Of a DNA stretch of 59,299 nucleotides, positions 1 to 13,605 are shown piece by piece. The position numbers were made by a program, and so were the translations under genes. The stretch is from NCBI GenBank assembly GCA_003344405.1, contig NOWV01000153.1, forward strand, positions 124,001-183,299. The letters run 5' to 3'. How positions within the stretch are numbered: the stretch's first letter is position 1; every line of letters begins with the position of its first letter. The notes beneath the pieces were generated by a model that saw only the letters and a list, made by a program, of their open reading frames with translations, ran no database searches and had not been told where the DNA came from. This stretch comes from Trichoplax sp. H2. Taxonomy: Eukaryota.

Positions 1-1844
1 GTGACAAAGATATGAAATAAAGATACGTGACAGAGACAGATATGTAAACAAATTCAGTGCATAATTAAGAGTTATCTGTGTTATCGTTAATGATGTCAAT
101 ATGAACATCGATTTTCTATCATGACTAATTCATAATGAGATAAAGTCATAGAATCTACGAACTGATTTTATAGAAAGACGGGCAATAACCAAAGTAATTG
201 AAAGTAGCTCTGCATTTACTCAGGATACTTTAATGGCTACTTAAGCGGATACCTTGCTAACGTTAATGTATCTAACTGACTTAACGAAAGTCAATCTCGT
301 GCAACGAAATTATTTGCTTCCTGTGAATTAAATCATCAATTTGCATTAACTCACTAGAAAATAGAGTATTTTGGAATCACTAGTTGGCTTAACTTCGACT
401 ATAAACGGTCACATACGATTATGATTAAGTACCATCTCTAATTTTACAACTTTTTGATGCAGTTAGTAGTCGAGTAGTAAAAAAATAAGAAATATCCATC
501 TGCATTTCATTCTCATTTTGATAGCCATAGTCGTACCTTGGCCATATTTCGTCTATTGGATAAAGTAGAATGTTTAAGAGGCTAAAATTTTGTCTCTGCC
601 TTATCCATTAATTTACTAACCATTGTGATTATCAAAAGTATGCTATTTGAACATAGATCAACAGAAATATTGCCATGACTATTTTCTCTATATAGCTACC
701 GAATTCATTCTATCTACGGATATAATTAACAATCCCCTATGAACAATAATGATCAAGCATGATATCATATCAATTACATTTTTCGTTGTTGTGAGTCTTT
801 ACCTAATTCATTAAAAGTGTTTCTCCTGATCTTACTGAGTATAACTTATTATCATTGAAAATATGGCTTCAACTATGTAGCAGCTATTATAGTTCGAGTT
901 TTAACAAAAGGGATTTGTATAAAATTAAGACACTATACAATAAAGGAATATCTGAATAATCGATACTAAAGGCTTCGTTCCTCAAAATCTAATAAGATAA
1001 TAATTCGAATTAATACATCTGAAATAAGTTCTAGAGCAAGCGTGGCGGAACGAACGAGACAAACATATCAGCAAAGCATAAAACTTTATTGATACTTATA
1101 AGCGCGAACTAATGTATTACGACAGCAACGCTCATATATATATGATCTATCATGGAATATTATAGAACTTATTCGTAGTTATTATTATATACATCGAATG
1201 AGTATTCTACAAGATTCTACATGCATATGAGGTTTGAATACATATGCATTTAAGACTGACCCATAAGAAGTCACTTTACTAATATTATGGCAAGATCGAG
1301 ATAATTTTTAAATCTCACGTCAGTGAAGATGAACCATAGATTAATCTTAGATTAGGGTTCAAGAAGCACGATCAAATTTGTACAATAATGAATGCAATGA
1401 CTCTAACTGATAGTCTATACTGACTGGAGTTAAATCGCGTTAATAATAAATAAGATCAAGCGTAAAATCGTAAGTAAATAATATCCATTCAGTTTGACTA
1501 GTTGCATCACGTAGTTTGACTTGTGATCTTTGATTGTAATTGATCAGGAATTTTTAAACATATTTCGTCTATTGAAATTATTTACAGTCTGGACCTTAAA
1601 TTGAATAAAAGCTATCTTTTTGTGACATTACTGAAGGTCTAAAATGTCGTCTATTTATTTTAAGACTTCATAAGATGTTAAACTGATATATCAAATTATT
1701 AGTAAAGGTGCCTATTAGGATAGATGCAGTAAATGTGGATAGATACTTATTTTTACATACGATTATTAAAATCGACCTTCAACACTTTAAAACAATATTT
1801 TTTGTTTTTACAACATGTCAAAATGGATTTTTATAACATCAACG

Positions 1845-2536
1845 ATATCATATACTACTTCTGACATCTGATAGAAGTTGGGCAGCCAGTTAAAAAGTTC
1901 CAAGAACTCAGTTGGAATCAAATTCAGCTGATCTAATTCACACAACCCGTATAATAAGCAGTAAGCTGATTGTTTACATTGGCCAAGAAACTCTGAGGCT
2001 TTTTACGTTATCGGAACTAGGTGAAATAAAATCATGCATCTTTAAAAGTTAATATTTTATTTCATTAGAGAACGATAGCTGATGAGTAAACCTGCCGTCC
2101 AGTACATTATCTGGTTGTTTTAAATGATACCATATCCAATCTTAATTCTTACAAATAAAGTGACTAAATCAATCGTTCTTCTATATTCGTTATTTTGATT
2201 GCGGTAATTAGGTCGGTTATTATTTTTATTTTCACTTACANNNNNNNNNNNNNNNNNNNNATATCATATACTACTTCTGACATCTGATAGAAGTTGGGCA
2301 GCCAGTTAAAAAGTTCCAAGAACTCAGTTGGAATCAAATTCAGCTGATCTAATTCACACAACCCGTATAATAAGCAGTAAGCTGATTGTTTACATTAGTA
2401 CATTATCTGGTTGTTTTAAATGATACCATATCCAATCTTAATTCTTACAAATAAAGTGACTAAATCAATCGTTCTTCTATATTCGTTATTTTGATTACGG
2501 TAATTAGGTCGGTTATTATTTTTATTTTCACTTACA
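1845..2536. repeat. Gap-flanking duplication (1845-2240 vs 2261-2536), probably two haplotypes of one locus; the left copy has an extra 120 bp (1981-2100)
   Basis: Near-identical sequence on both sides of the 20-N gap at 2241-2260, differing by a 120-bp indel and at least one SNP (gattgcgg/gattacgg). Confidence 0.85.
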
Positions 2537-5500
2537 ATAATGATCAAGAATATCTTAAAAAAAAATAAATAAGGGTAACGGTATAGTAAATGACAGTTTC
2601 TTATAATCATTTAACGAAGTATCACAATCCTGTAGGTATTCTAAGCCTGCTTCAATAACTTTAGAATCGTTTATTAAGGAAAGATATGATATAAATTCTT
2701 GAAGAAAGTCTCAATGTATGTTGATAAGATACATATAAACTCCACAGAATGTTCTCGATCTTCATTTTGTACGTAGCAATCAGAATTTTATGATAATTGA
2801 AAGTAATAAATCGATATTGACGTCTTTGATGATAATAACCCTTATTATTAGTATAAAATCCTGTACTAAAATCACTAAGTTTATGATTTAGCTTCTAATT
2901 AAGAAAGAATAAGCTAGATCAGGTGCAGGAGAAATATGTGGACCATTTGAATTGATATTGTTGAAGTTAATGTTTCTTCGATAAAGAAACAGTAGGTGAT
3001 TAATCGAACTGTAATTACATAGTATCAGCAACGTACTTTTAAATTCATTTTTACTATTAATATAATTATCCGTGCTTTCGATTCTGTAATTAGTTTAAAA
3101 CTTATTCATGCTACACCGATTAAAGACTAGGCTAACAAATTAATTTCAACAAAAAATATGTAATCAATATAAATTGAGGCTTATAATATGAAATTAAAGT
3201 TACCAGACTAAAGCTGTACCTATCCTCCTTGACATCCATTTACAATGCAACTCAAATCTTGAAGATTCTTATCATTAAAATATAAAAGTAACCTTATGTC
3301 TCTTCTAGCTTAAAAGGGAGCAACAAAATCTTCTAAGAAATCAACTAATTCAGTTTCGCTACGTCAATATCGATCAGATTTACTCAGCCAATAATATAAA
3401 AATAGGCTGCTCCCTATGAAAATAAGCCTAACATCATTATTAATAATATTCTGATAGCGTTTCTAATGATCACTAGATTAAAATTACCATATTAAAGCCG
3501 CCTTGTAACAACGATTGTAAGATTAGATTAGTTATCATTCTTTGCTATTTAAGTTAATAAGATTAGGTAAAATTGTATTTTGTGTTAACGGTAACCAGAA
3601 TTCCATATTTTAAGTCTTTGTTTAGCCTTAATAGACTATAATTTAGAATAGTCTGCGAGGTTATACCCACTCTTAACAGTAAGATACATTTATACGCTAG
3701 AAGTACGGCAATTTTTGCTTTCTTCCCAGGACATAAGCAATAGAGTAAAATTATGCCAACAAGTAGAAGTGTACCGGTAGTTAAGTAAGCATTTGAGGTC
3801 TCCTGCTAATATATCACATTTACGATACTGAGTAAATGATTTGTCTATTAATATAATGATATGAACAAATCTTAAATAGATTCACTACTTCGAGTGATAA
3901 AATTTTACACTGATATCTTCAACATAGAGAAAACGATTTTGTTCACTGAAATTGTTGCCAAAATTTGCCTTCATAATGTTATTTACCTATACTTAGCTAA
4001 TTGCAATTTCCCTATGTATGCGATGTTGTAGTTAGGAGTTTTTATTCGTTTTGCAAAAAATTCTACATCTATGATACATTTCTTGGCCTTTAAAATTGTT
4101 GTAGTGACGATTGTAAGGTTCGCCAATTGTATCGTCAAAGCTAATAATGAGTGCATTTAGTTTTTGAAGAATCAACAACTATATTACCGGAGGACTATAA
4201 TTGTTATTAGTTTAAATCCCCATGAGACTGTTTTTTATTGACACTCAAATTATATTGGATAATAAATATGTAATGATCTTTATTATGAAAATCTCTTCGA
4301 CCATCCTGCCGAGCAAGCCATTTGTATAGAATTATACTGTATTAATTTTATCTTAGATTTTAAAATCAATCGCTACCTTTGGATTGTTTCTGATTATAAT
4401 TATTGCCTTATTTATTCTAGAGATACTAGTAAAAGACTTACCAAGTACAGATTATTGAGGATTGAACTCGAATTCGTCCGCCGATATCAACGAGGTTACC
4501 TTTCAATCAGGTAAGAATAACAATTTTGGATTATTTTTCACGTGTTTTGCATTCCTGGAAATACGAGCGTATATGATACTTATTATTCATATCCATCTTC
4601 GATTTGATGCCAGTTTCACATGCCCTTCTTAGTTAGTTATGTCATCAATAAAACTGATTAATGAACTTAATTTAAGTTAGTGACTTCAACGTAGATACGA
4701 ATATATATTTATTTCGTTGAATGAGTTAGTTGTAGTATTTTACGAAGACATCATTTTATATTGTCTGCTGTGGTAGTGTTTAAAGTTTACTTTATTTTAC
4801 TAAAAGCACTTCTATAACGACTTGACTAATAATCTAAGTAAAATTCGTCGTTCTTTTTGAATCTCACTTCATCTGCACTTGAGCAAATCCTATATTTTCA
4901 ATAGTACTACAGTTTTTTTACTAATAATTTCTTGATAATTCATCCTTTATCATGAAAATCTTGTCGTTGGAGTTAGTAGAAACTTAAAATTAATTTCACC
5001 GTTTAATAGTCGTTTGTAAATTGTTTCAGTGGCATTGCAACTTTATAGAGATCAACTAATTTCTTTCTCTGATGACTTTAGCTTTAAACTCATTTAAGTG
5101 CTTACGATATCTATTATACCTTTGTCTATCATACTATTCATTATTAATCGTAAGAATTTTCTAGGATAAAAATTTCTTTCCATCATAGCCCCAAGCAATT
5201 TCAGTCATCGCTTTTGATTTTGTAAAGAGAAAGATTTTATTACTAGAATGCATTCCAAGCAATATCTAGATTACAAGGTCTTATAAATAAAAGATACTAG
5301 TGAAATTATCTTTCAAAATATTTTTTGTTATTACCACAACAAAATTTAGGCTTATCTTTATAAATTATATAATTTTACTTCCGTAATATGAATAAACAAT
5401 TATTTACTTGAAGCAGGTGAAAAGCCTAGATATTCGGTTTCAAGTTAAATACTATAGGTAGTTACTTTGATATTCATTCTGAACTAAATTTGATATTGCT

Positions 5501-6404
5501 ACCAACATTCTTTTAATATATTCAGCCACAACATCTTATAGCTAGTTATATATAATTTGATAATTACTAGAACTACTCGTCTGGTGATCTAATTAATGGA
5601 TGGTAGCCCTCAGCTATCATCGTATTTATACCATCAATTGTTATCCTCTATCTAAAATTGAAGTCCACGTAATGGATCAATTTCTTAACGTGATTCAACA
5701 TAGTTCATAATTTACACCAACTAATAATTTTATAAATCTATGACATACTTGTACTTCAACGCTGAAAAAAATCATATTCCTAATATGTATATTATAATTA
5801 ACACATTTCTAAAGCATCATAAAAACGCGATTTAATACCCATCCGCGATAAAACAGTGTGATATATACCAATCACGAATTCCAAATTTTAGAAAAATAAG
5901 GGCTTTTATTGAATCTTATACAAAGATTAACTACACAGCTCTACTATAGCCGAATACTACTACTAAAGACTTCTAGAACAAACTAACAGAATAATCTAAA
6001 GTTGCATGCTTTTATACTTTCCGTAGCATTCGCAGCTACAATCCGCATGGCAACCTTTTACCTTATTTTACACATAGTTAAATTATTCTTAGTAAGACTA
6101 TTCTACTGCGGACCATCATTAATCCAATAGGGATACGACTACAGTACTTACGTAGACATTATTCACACCAGCCAAAGTACAATGAATTAACCATATCCTA
6201 ATATATGATTTACAGTTCTATTTTTACCTATAGCCATATTAGTAACTCAACAGCTTACTGTATATAGTCATCTGTACGCTAGCATAGAGTCTCTACCACT
6301 ACAGTCTATATTTACAGCTACCAAATATCTCTTAGGATAAATATCTACCGTACATTATACTACACATGTCTAACAGTCTATAATCACAATACTAAGTTAC
6401 ATTA

Positions 6405-6417
6405 CAAACAGGTAAGA
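6405..6417 (+). promoter_or_regulatory. Candidate splice donor of a non-coding 5' exon of the globin gene (a second candidate at 4508-4516)
   Basis: Strong CAG|GTAAGA donors at 4511 and 6412. The first globin coding exon starts with an acceptor (ttcag, ending 8504) only 4 nt before the ATG, which implies an upstream UTR exon. Confidence 0.35.
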
Positions 6418-8508
6418 AACTCAATCTCGCATATCTTAAACTAGCACTTGATACTTTTCTTAGTACTTAGCTAAAGCTATGTAAACCGGAAAGTCACAAG
6501 ATACAGCTATAAAGTAATCTTTTAGTGTACTTATTTTGCAAAGGCTGATAGCTACGTATAAGATGTGATCGAACTCATTGAGACGAGTTAAATAATTAAT
6601 AAGCAACGCATTTTATTTAATCGCCAATCAATATTGCATCTGATACAATACATATAGATGGCTAAAGTTCTGTAACTTTGTCGACATACACTTGTAACCT
6701 ATATTATTAGCTATCATCACAATTTCAGTTAAAGTAACTGCGCTTTATCTTCTTTCACATCTCCTTTGCGTGTATATAAAGTTATAGCAATTTAGTCAAT
6801 CATCGATAATTACGTTTAGCGATGCCTTTAACTGATAGGCTAAATAGATGTATTGCTATTGTTCATTTTGGGAATTACTCTAATTCAGGAACTTTATTAT
6901 CATTATTAATAAATTTTAAGTATATTATCTGGCACATAGCTATTATGATATTTTGGAAGATTTGGAGTTCATCATGACAACACGATATTGGAAAAGAATA
7001 CTATAAGAAATGATATTATTAATAGCAATAGGTATTTAAAGAAACCTGTATTGGGTTACAGGGCAGGATCAAAAATGTGATCTAGTCAAATAGATACGAT
7101 GAAGTGGAGATAAATGGTTTAAATTGACCATGTTTGGTTACTAGAACTCAATAAATAAATAGATAGTTACGAATTACTTTTATAATAATATGAAACGTAC
7201 AGCTAAATAGAATTGTTTACATACTATAGGTGATGAAAGTACCGTAATTCTTAGTTAGGGTATGACTATGGTGCAATTAAACCCGATTACAAATAAAATT
7301 ACGCAAGGTAGATTGTTAGATATAGAATACATCTATTGGAATAGCGTAGCAGGTCGTAATTATAATTGGCAAAGTCGTATATAGACACGAAATATTTCAA
7401 GGCAGCGTTCCTAAAATTCATGTTTGATATCTGTAAACCAGATGTATAGCAATGAAATTCTTATTTATACTATTGATCTACTGTAATCTAAGAGTAATAT
7501 GATCTAAATCTTAAATTAAAGTCTATAGCCAGTGATACAATGTTAGCAACTATGAATTTTAACGGTTTACAATGAATCAGCAAAGCGACGGGAGTTTGCA
7601 CTAGTAATATATAATATATTCAAAGAATATTTAAATTTTTTAACCCTTTTCGGCCATTGATTGATTACGGTAATTGTCCATATGCCAACTTTAACGCTGA
7701 TTGCATTAAAAAACCTATAAATAACACATTTAAAGATAATTCACATTTGGAATCCCATTTAAGCCATTGGCTAATTAATTTCCCGTGAGCTAAATTTGAT
7801 GCAGATTGAAATAAATAGCCTAAAAATAACGTATTTTCTAGCCTTCGTGCATTACCATAGTAAATGCAAGGAAATACGTATGATAATGTATCTGCATCTA
7901 TTTTCTATTAATAAGGAGTCGTATGTATTTAGTTTGTTTACGCCATTTCTGGCAATAATCTCAATCGAAATTAATGGACTAAGAAGAGAGGAAAACTGTT
8001 ATCATAAAAGCTAACATCAATCTATGTTACTATAATAGGAATATTCGGTACTCTACCTAGCAAGTTGATTTATCGTTTAATTCAAAATTGCGTTGTATTA
8101 GCGCCCGGCCTATCTTAAAAGTAAAAAATACGTAAAAATAAATTATTCGTAGAGTTATATATTACCTATAACTTACGGTATAAAAAGAAAGTGTCATGCC
8201 TATGATAATTTGTTATCGGTCACCTTAGCATTTTCTTATTCGCATTATTTGTGTATCCAACTGTATTACGTAGCTTTTAGCTGTGTTAATATTCTATTAA
8301 ATTATTGATAAATCCTTGAGCGCATTTTAAATTTTGATTATTGATACTGGGCATCAGTGCTCTAAGTAAACTAGGATTTCATCTTTGCTTAATCTGTGAT
8401 CTTACTTATCAGTCCTGGTTTCAAAATCAAAGGCTGACAATAATTTAGAACTTGTAGAGGCAGTTTATAAATTTTTCCATAACTATGATTACTATTGTAT
8501 TCAGATCA

Positions 8509-9672
8509 ATGGGGACAAATATGACTAAAATCGATAGTGAGAACCATGTCAAAGGTAAAAATGTTGTAACTGGCAATGATATCAAATCTTACTTAAATTA
8601 TCAAGAACGCCAAGCAATTATTGATTCCTGGAATGCAATCTCTACAGAAAAGCAAAAATATGGAACTATCTTATTCTTAAAGTAAGTACAATTGAAATCC
8701 TATCTTATTCCACGTCTTTGTTATCCAATTAGAATTTAATTTATAAGAGAGAAAATACAAATTCCTTGTAGATATCTTTAACCGTTTTTAATAAATTGAA
8801 TTTGATGATTGATGTTACAGTTTATAAAACTAATAAAATTTTGTAATGCCTTTTGTTGAGCATTCTATTAGTATTAATACGATACAATATTAGATTTAAT
8901 CCGCTTGAAAACTCTTCTTCTTTCCATAATAGTTAGATGTTACTTATACTAGGCCTTTTAATGAATCTTATTACTGCTATTAATAGTTATTATTACTTTA
9001 AAGCCATGACTCAATATTGCAAAAAGAGAGACAGATATTTTAGTAACTTATTTGAAAATTTTAATTATGATTTTACCGCTACCTGTACAAGTATTTTATG
9101 CGATATCTTATTATTTCCAACTTTTAAATTGTTCTTTATATCCTGTCATTTTTCCACGTCTAACATTATAATAATTAATTTTGGATTTAGACTATTTGAA
9201 TTAGAACCTAGAGTTAAAAGCCTCTTTACCATCTTCGATTTCAATGAACCGCTGGAAGATATTATACAATCGCCTCATTTCCGTAGCCATGCCATGCGAT
9301 TTATGCAATCCTTGGAAACTGGAGTTTTAATGGGCTTTGATAAAGAAAGTTGTGACTTTTTATTTAAGTCTCTAGGAAGTCGCCATCACTTTTACGATCT
9401 TAAAAGTGAATTTCTAGATGTAAGCTAGTTATCATCATTTTAATGAGCTAATTAATCCCGAAAGTTTTATTATCAAATTGCGGATCGAAATGATACGAAA
9501 AATTCAATTATTTTTATGACTTCGTCAGGTTATTCCCGAGTGTATCTTGCACACAATAAAGAAAGGTTGCGGTAATAACTGGAGTAACGAAACTGCTGAT
9601 GCATGGAAAATTGCAACTAAAGTTTTATGCGAGCTATTTCGGGAAGGACTAGAAACTAAGCCTAAGAAATAG
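8509..9672 (+). CDS. Globin (neuroglobin/globin X-like), 181 aa; coding exons 8509-8681, 9191-9419, 9529-9672
   Basis: GT-AG splicing gives one open frame: MGTNMTK...QAIIDSWNAI...GTILFLK/LFELEPRVKSLF (CD1 Phe)...FRSHAMRFMQSL (E7 His)...LGSRHHFY (F8 His)...EFLD/VIPECILHTIKKGCGNNWSNETADAWKIATKVL...PKK*. Introns are phase 2 (B12.2) and phase 0 (G7.0), the ancestral globin positions. Confidence 0.93.
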
Positions 9673-10149
9673 ATTGAATAAATAATTTGTTGAAGCTTGT
9701 TCATGTGAATATATTCCAGCTAAATAGACTCCATAAGCTGCGGAAAATTTTCTACTTGCGATCCAATGTTTGTGGTATTGAATCTCTAAGGTTTGGTTTG
9801 TAATAAATCGATATTTTCCAACAATTCATAGTCATTATACATTCCATGTCATAATTACGTTGTTGTAGTAATTATTTTTATTAATTGTAATGATTAGATA
9901 AAATTAGAAATATCATAAGTTACATTTAATAATATCGCCAATAAAACAGAACATTATATAATAAGATTGTAACTGGGATATAATAAAAGTAATAAAATTG
10001 ACAATAACGTAATTTATTTCGGAAAGCATATAGAACAAGAAAAATGAAGTGGCTTAAGAATCAGCCATGGAATGTAAATTTTATATCACTCATAATTTAA
10101 CACTGCAAGTCTATACTCGAACGATGTCAGTAATCTAAATCACTAAAGA

Positions 10150-11560
10150 AATTAGCAAGGAGATAACATTGGATATTTTAGCAATTTGGTCAATTTTTAT
10201 TAGAACTTAATTTTACTAGATAAAGATATTATCCTGTAGATTGTACTGATCTATTTAAATGTAGAACATTTAGCTATCAAATTAAGCTAGATAGATGATA
10301 CTAATCCCATCAAATAAGGCGATATTTGAAGGAAACATTAATCCTTGTTTAAATCTACGCATGTAATATTGCCAACAATTCAAAATATTGAAAGTGGTGT
10401 TAAGGGAACAACAAAAGTCAGTTAATAATGGTAGTTCATGATTTCTAAATGTTCAGATAGATTACATCCAGAATCAATTGAATTAATTAAGAACATATCT
10501 ACCTCCTATATACCATAATCAAACTTATCAGAGCATATCTAGAGAAATAATGGAGTAATAACTGGCTAACAATATCTATTAATTACAAGGCGTTACCTAC
10601 TTATTATTAGCGTTAATTCACGAAATCAGAATTCATTTAGAAACAAATTAAGAATAACAAGTGGCTTAATTTGCCAATAAAAAAATTTTATCCATTTAAA
10701 ATAGTCTGAAATCTTAAGGAATTAATAATGCTATATAGAATGTAATAGATTATACGGGAATCTCGCTGTTAATCACTATGGCCTAACTTTCTTAGAATCC
10801 CGTATATTACATAGTATGCTGAGATTTTATTCAACTAATTCCTGGAAATGTTGAAGTAATACTTGTAAATAATCCAAAAATTTAAAGGAATCGATTTGAG
10901 AAGCCAGATGTATTAATCTTTTCTTGCAAACTTATGCCAATACTCTCATCTCATGTAGACTAGCTTCTCCTTTACAAAGATATTGCAATCTTGCCATGCT
11001 GATGTTCGGATAAGCTAAATTTTGGTGAGATTCTTTAAAGTCCATTTCAATTTGAGATTTTTCGGCTATAATAACTGCCTGTAGGAAACATAATAATTAT
11101 TTCCGAATAGATTCAGACAAGTAAACATTATAATAGCTGGTTGCATCTTCTTTTACCTACTATGATTAGCTGAAATTACCAGACAATTTTGCAATCTATG
11201 AATAACGATAAGGATTGGAGCCATTTCATCTGATAGCTTTCACGAATAGAAGCAGTATAAAGCTGTTCAGTTTTCTTGGTTATAACGTGTATATTTAGAG
11301 TTGTAAAAAAAAATTAAGCAATTATTACTAAAGAACAACGTAATAGCAATTACAGATCCATTACTGCTCTTTTGCTAAGATTAATGCCAAAATGAAAGCT
11401 ATTTATATTAACCATTCCATTTTCTCTGGATCTTGTAACTTTATTGTTGTTGATTCTACTTGTTACTTGCTACAAATTAAACGTATATATATATTATAAA
11501 ATGGGACTTTTTACCTTAAATTGGAAATAGGAAAATGTTTGATCAATTTGCTTATCCTAG
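10150..11560 (-). pseudogene. Possible decayed multi-exon gene of unknown family
   Basis: Minus-strand segments bounded by plausible AG/GT sites translate to protein-like runs broken by stops, e.g. after cctacag near 11079: AVIIAEKSQIEMDFKESHQNLAYPNISMARLQYLCKGEASLHEMRVLA*VCKKRLIHLASQIDSFKFLDYLQVLLQHFQELVE*. No family recognised. Confidence 0.3.
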
Positions 11561-12298
11561 TTACGAGGATATGATTGATAGTAAAAGTTTAAAAATTTTT
11601 AGCTTTACAGCAAAGATCAGATCTGTAGTGAGAAGAAATCGCCTCGGTCGGATACTTTAAGAATACTTTAAACTGATGCTGGTATACAGATCAAATCTTA
11701 CATAACGTTAAGTGTGCATTTCGCTAAAGAAAGCGAGTAATCGCTGACTTTTATAACATTATTTGAATTTGGCCGTTGAATATTGAATGAATTTTAAGGA
11801 TACCATTAAATGGCATTGAGATATCGGGATAATTTAAACAGAGTAAGATTTAAATTGGATGTATAACTAGTTTTTATATTCATCTTGTCCATAAGTGCTT
11901 TGAATGTCTTACTTCAAACAGGGAATTTTCTTCGAATACTTTATAATAGTAATATCCATCCATGCAGAAGGGGAGGGCAATATCAATTTATGAAATAGGG
12001 ATTACGGTATTGACTGAGCCAAAATCGGAAGTAAAACTGAATGAATTCTTCTTTCGAAATTACAAAATCAATAGCCTATTAAATATTAAATCTTTTAATT
12101 AGAATGAGAAGCACCAGCATATTCTAGGTAGTTCCTATCATACCTGTTTAATATTAATTTGCAGTGACAAGCTCTTAGAAGGGAAGTAATGGGGCTGTCA
12201 GATATTTTACGGGATAAATAATAGCTTACAAATTGGATTGGATTGAAAGATTTTGCAATAGCGAGGATTCAAATTAAAGCTAATTCAAATGCAAAGAG

Positions 12299-13417
12299 TT
12301 AGAATCGATAGCTTTCAGTTTCAGCAGCATTTGAGTTGGTTTCGACAAGACTTGAATTATTAGGTCCTAATTTAATGTGTGTTGTGCTAAAGCTGTTGTT
12401 TTGCCTAGTGTACTGTTGGACGCGTTTGCAGCAGCAAATTTTCTTGACCACACATTTAATGTCACGCTTAAAGACAACATATAATATTGGATTGATGGCT
12501 GAATTTCCCATTACGACCATTGCTGTGAAAGCGTTTATAACTAAAGGAGTTCTGCCTAACCAGCGATTCACTAGCATAACTATCGTGAAAGGCAGCCAGC
12601 ATAGAACAAATGCTCCAACGATGATAGCAGTTGCTTTAGCTGCTTTCGATTCTCGTTGTTCGCTATTACAACGAGATTTTTTCATGGATTTCCGACTACT
12701 GATGGAGCTTGCTCGGCTGTCTCGTCGTATTTTCTTAGCATGAGCAGCTGCAATGCTGAAGATGGTGCCGTAAATGTAAATAAATAAAAGAATGGGGATA
12801 AAACAAACAATACATAGTGCTACAGTCATGTAGATTTTATCATGCAACAAACCAGTGCCGTAAGCGAGTTTATCGCAAAATAATATCGGATTTGTGGTCC
12901 ATGTAAATTGTGTTGAAGCGCATATACCAGCAATTGTCCATGAAAGAATTTCTCCGATAACTGCTCGTTGTTTAGTCACTATTTGGCGATAGAAGTACGG
13001 ATTTGTGATGGCGAAAAATCGATCTAAACTCACGCAGCAAAGTGATAGACTGGATGCTGAAGGTAGAAAGGCTGATAGAAACCATTCAACGATACACCAG
13101 CGAGAATCCGTCAAGCGATGAACACTTGTAATAACAGCATAAATGGTAAATGGCATTACTAATGCTCCGACAAGAATATCGGCTGCGGCCACGTTGATGA
13201 TGAAAAAATTAGTAATAGTTCGTAACTGATGATGCTTGATAATGACGATGACAACAAATAAATTACCGAAAACGGAAACTACCATAACAGTGAAGAAGTA
13301 CAACAGTAAAATTAATTGCTCATATATGGTATAAATTTTGACATTGCCAGGGGTTGTAGGTAAAATAGAAGTGGAATTCACACTATCATTGCTGACTACT
13401 AGGCTTAGATTGTCCAT
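12299..13417 (-). CDS. Rhodopsin-family (class A) GPCR, aminergic/adenosine-receptor-like, single coding exon, 372 aa
   Basis: Seven hydrophobic segments with GN (TM1), AAAD (TM2), C3.25, SLDRF (TM3), W4.50, basic ICL3 ending RESKAAK, FVLCWLPF (TM6), NSAINPILY (TM7), C-terminal CCC and N-terminal N-glycosylation sequons. Confidence 0.95.
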   Translation of the reverse strand: MDNLSLVVSNDSVNSTSILPTTPGNVKIYTIYEQLILLLYFFTVMVVSVFGNLFVVIVIIKHHQLRTITNFFIINVAAADILVGALVMPFTIYAVITSVHRLTDSRWCIVEWFLSAFLPSASSLSLCCVSLDRFFAITNPYFYRQIVTKQRAVIGEILSWTIAGICASTQFTWTTNPILFCDKLAYGTGLLHDKIYMTVALCIVCFIPILLFIYIYGTIFSIAAAHAKKIRRDSRASSISSRKSMKKSRCNSEQRESKAAKATAIIVGAFVLCWLPFTIVMLVNRWLGRTPLVINAFTAMVVMGNSAINPILYVVFKRDIKCVVKKICCCKRVQQYTRQNNSFSTTHIKLGPNNSSLVETNSNAAETESYRF

Positions 13418-13581
13418 AGTGGGATAGGATGAAGTTTATTTGGATAAGATGAAAAATTTTCTATTTGCAGTTGATTGATTTCTAGTTCAATTGCGATCTT
13501 CAAGCAGTTGTTGAAATGATCAATTTGACTTAGTTTTAATTTACAAATTTAGATAATTTTCAGCGAAGGGAACTATCGAAT

Positions 13582-13605
13582 CTAGAATTTAAAAATAAAA
13601 GAATT
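13582..13605 (-). promoter_or_regulatory. Probable splice acceptor in the GPCR 5' UTR
   Basis: Minus strand reads aattcttttatttttaaattctag| about 165 nt upstream of the ATG. Confidence 0.45.

Noticed and set aside
8937-9190. Hydrophobic N-terminal half of the 163-aa ORF as a signal/TM domain fused to globin
   Set aside because: It lies in the B12.2 intron; the globin frame starts at the acceptor at 9190.
12336-12743. 135-aa plus-strand ORF
   Set aside because: Antisense to the GPCR, with no independent features.
12299-13417. GPCR as an opsin because of Glu3.28
   Set aside because: No Lys at 7.43 (Met).
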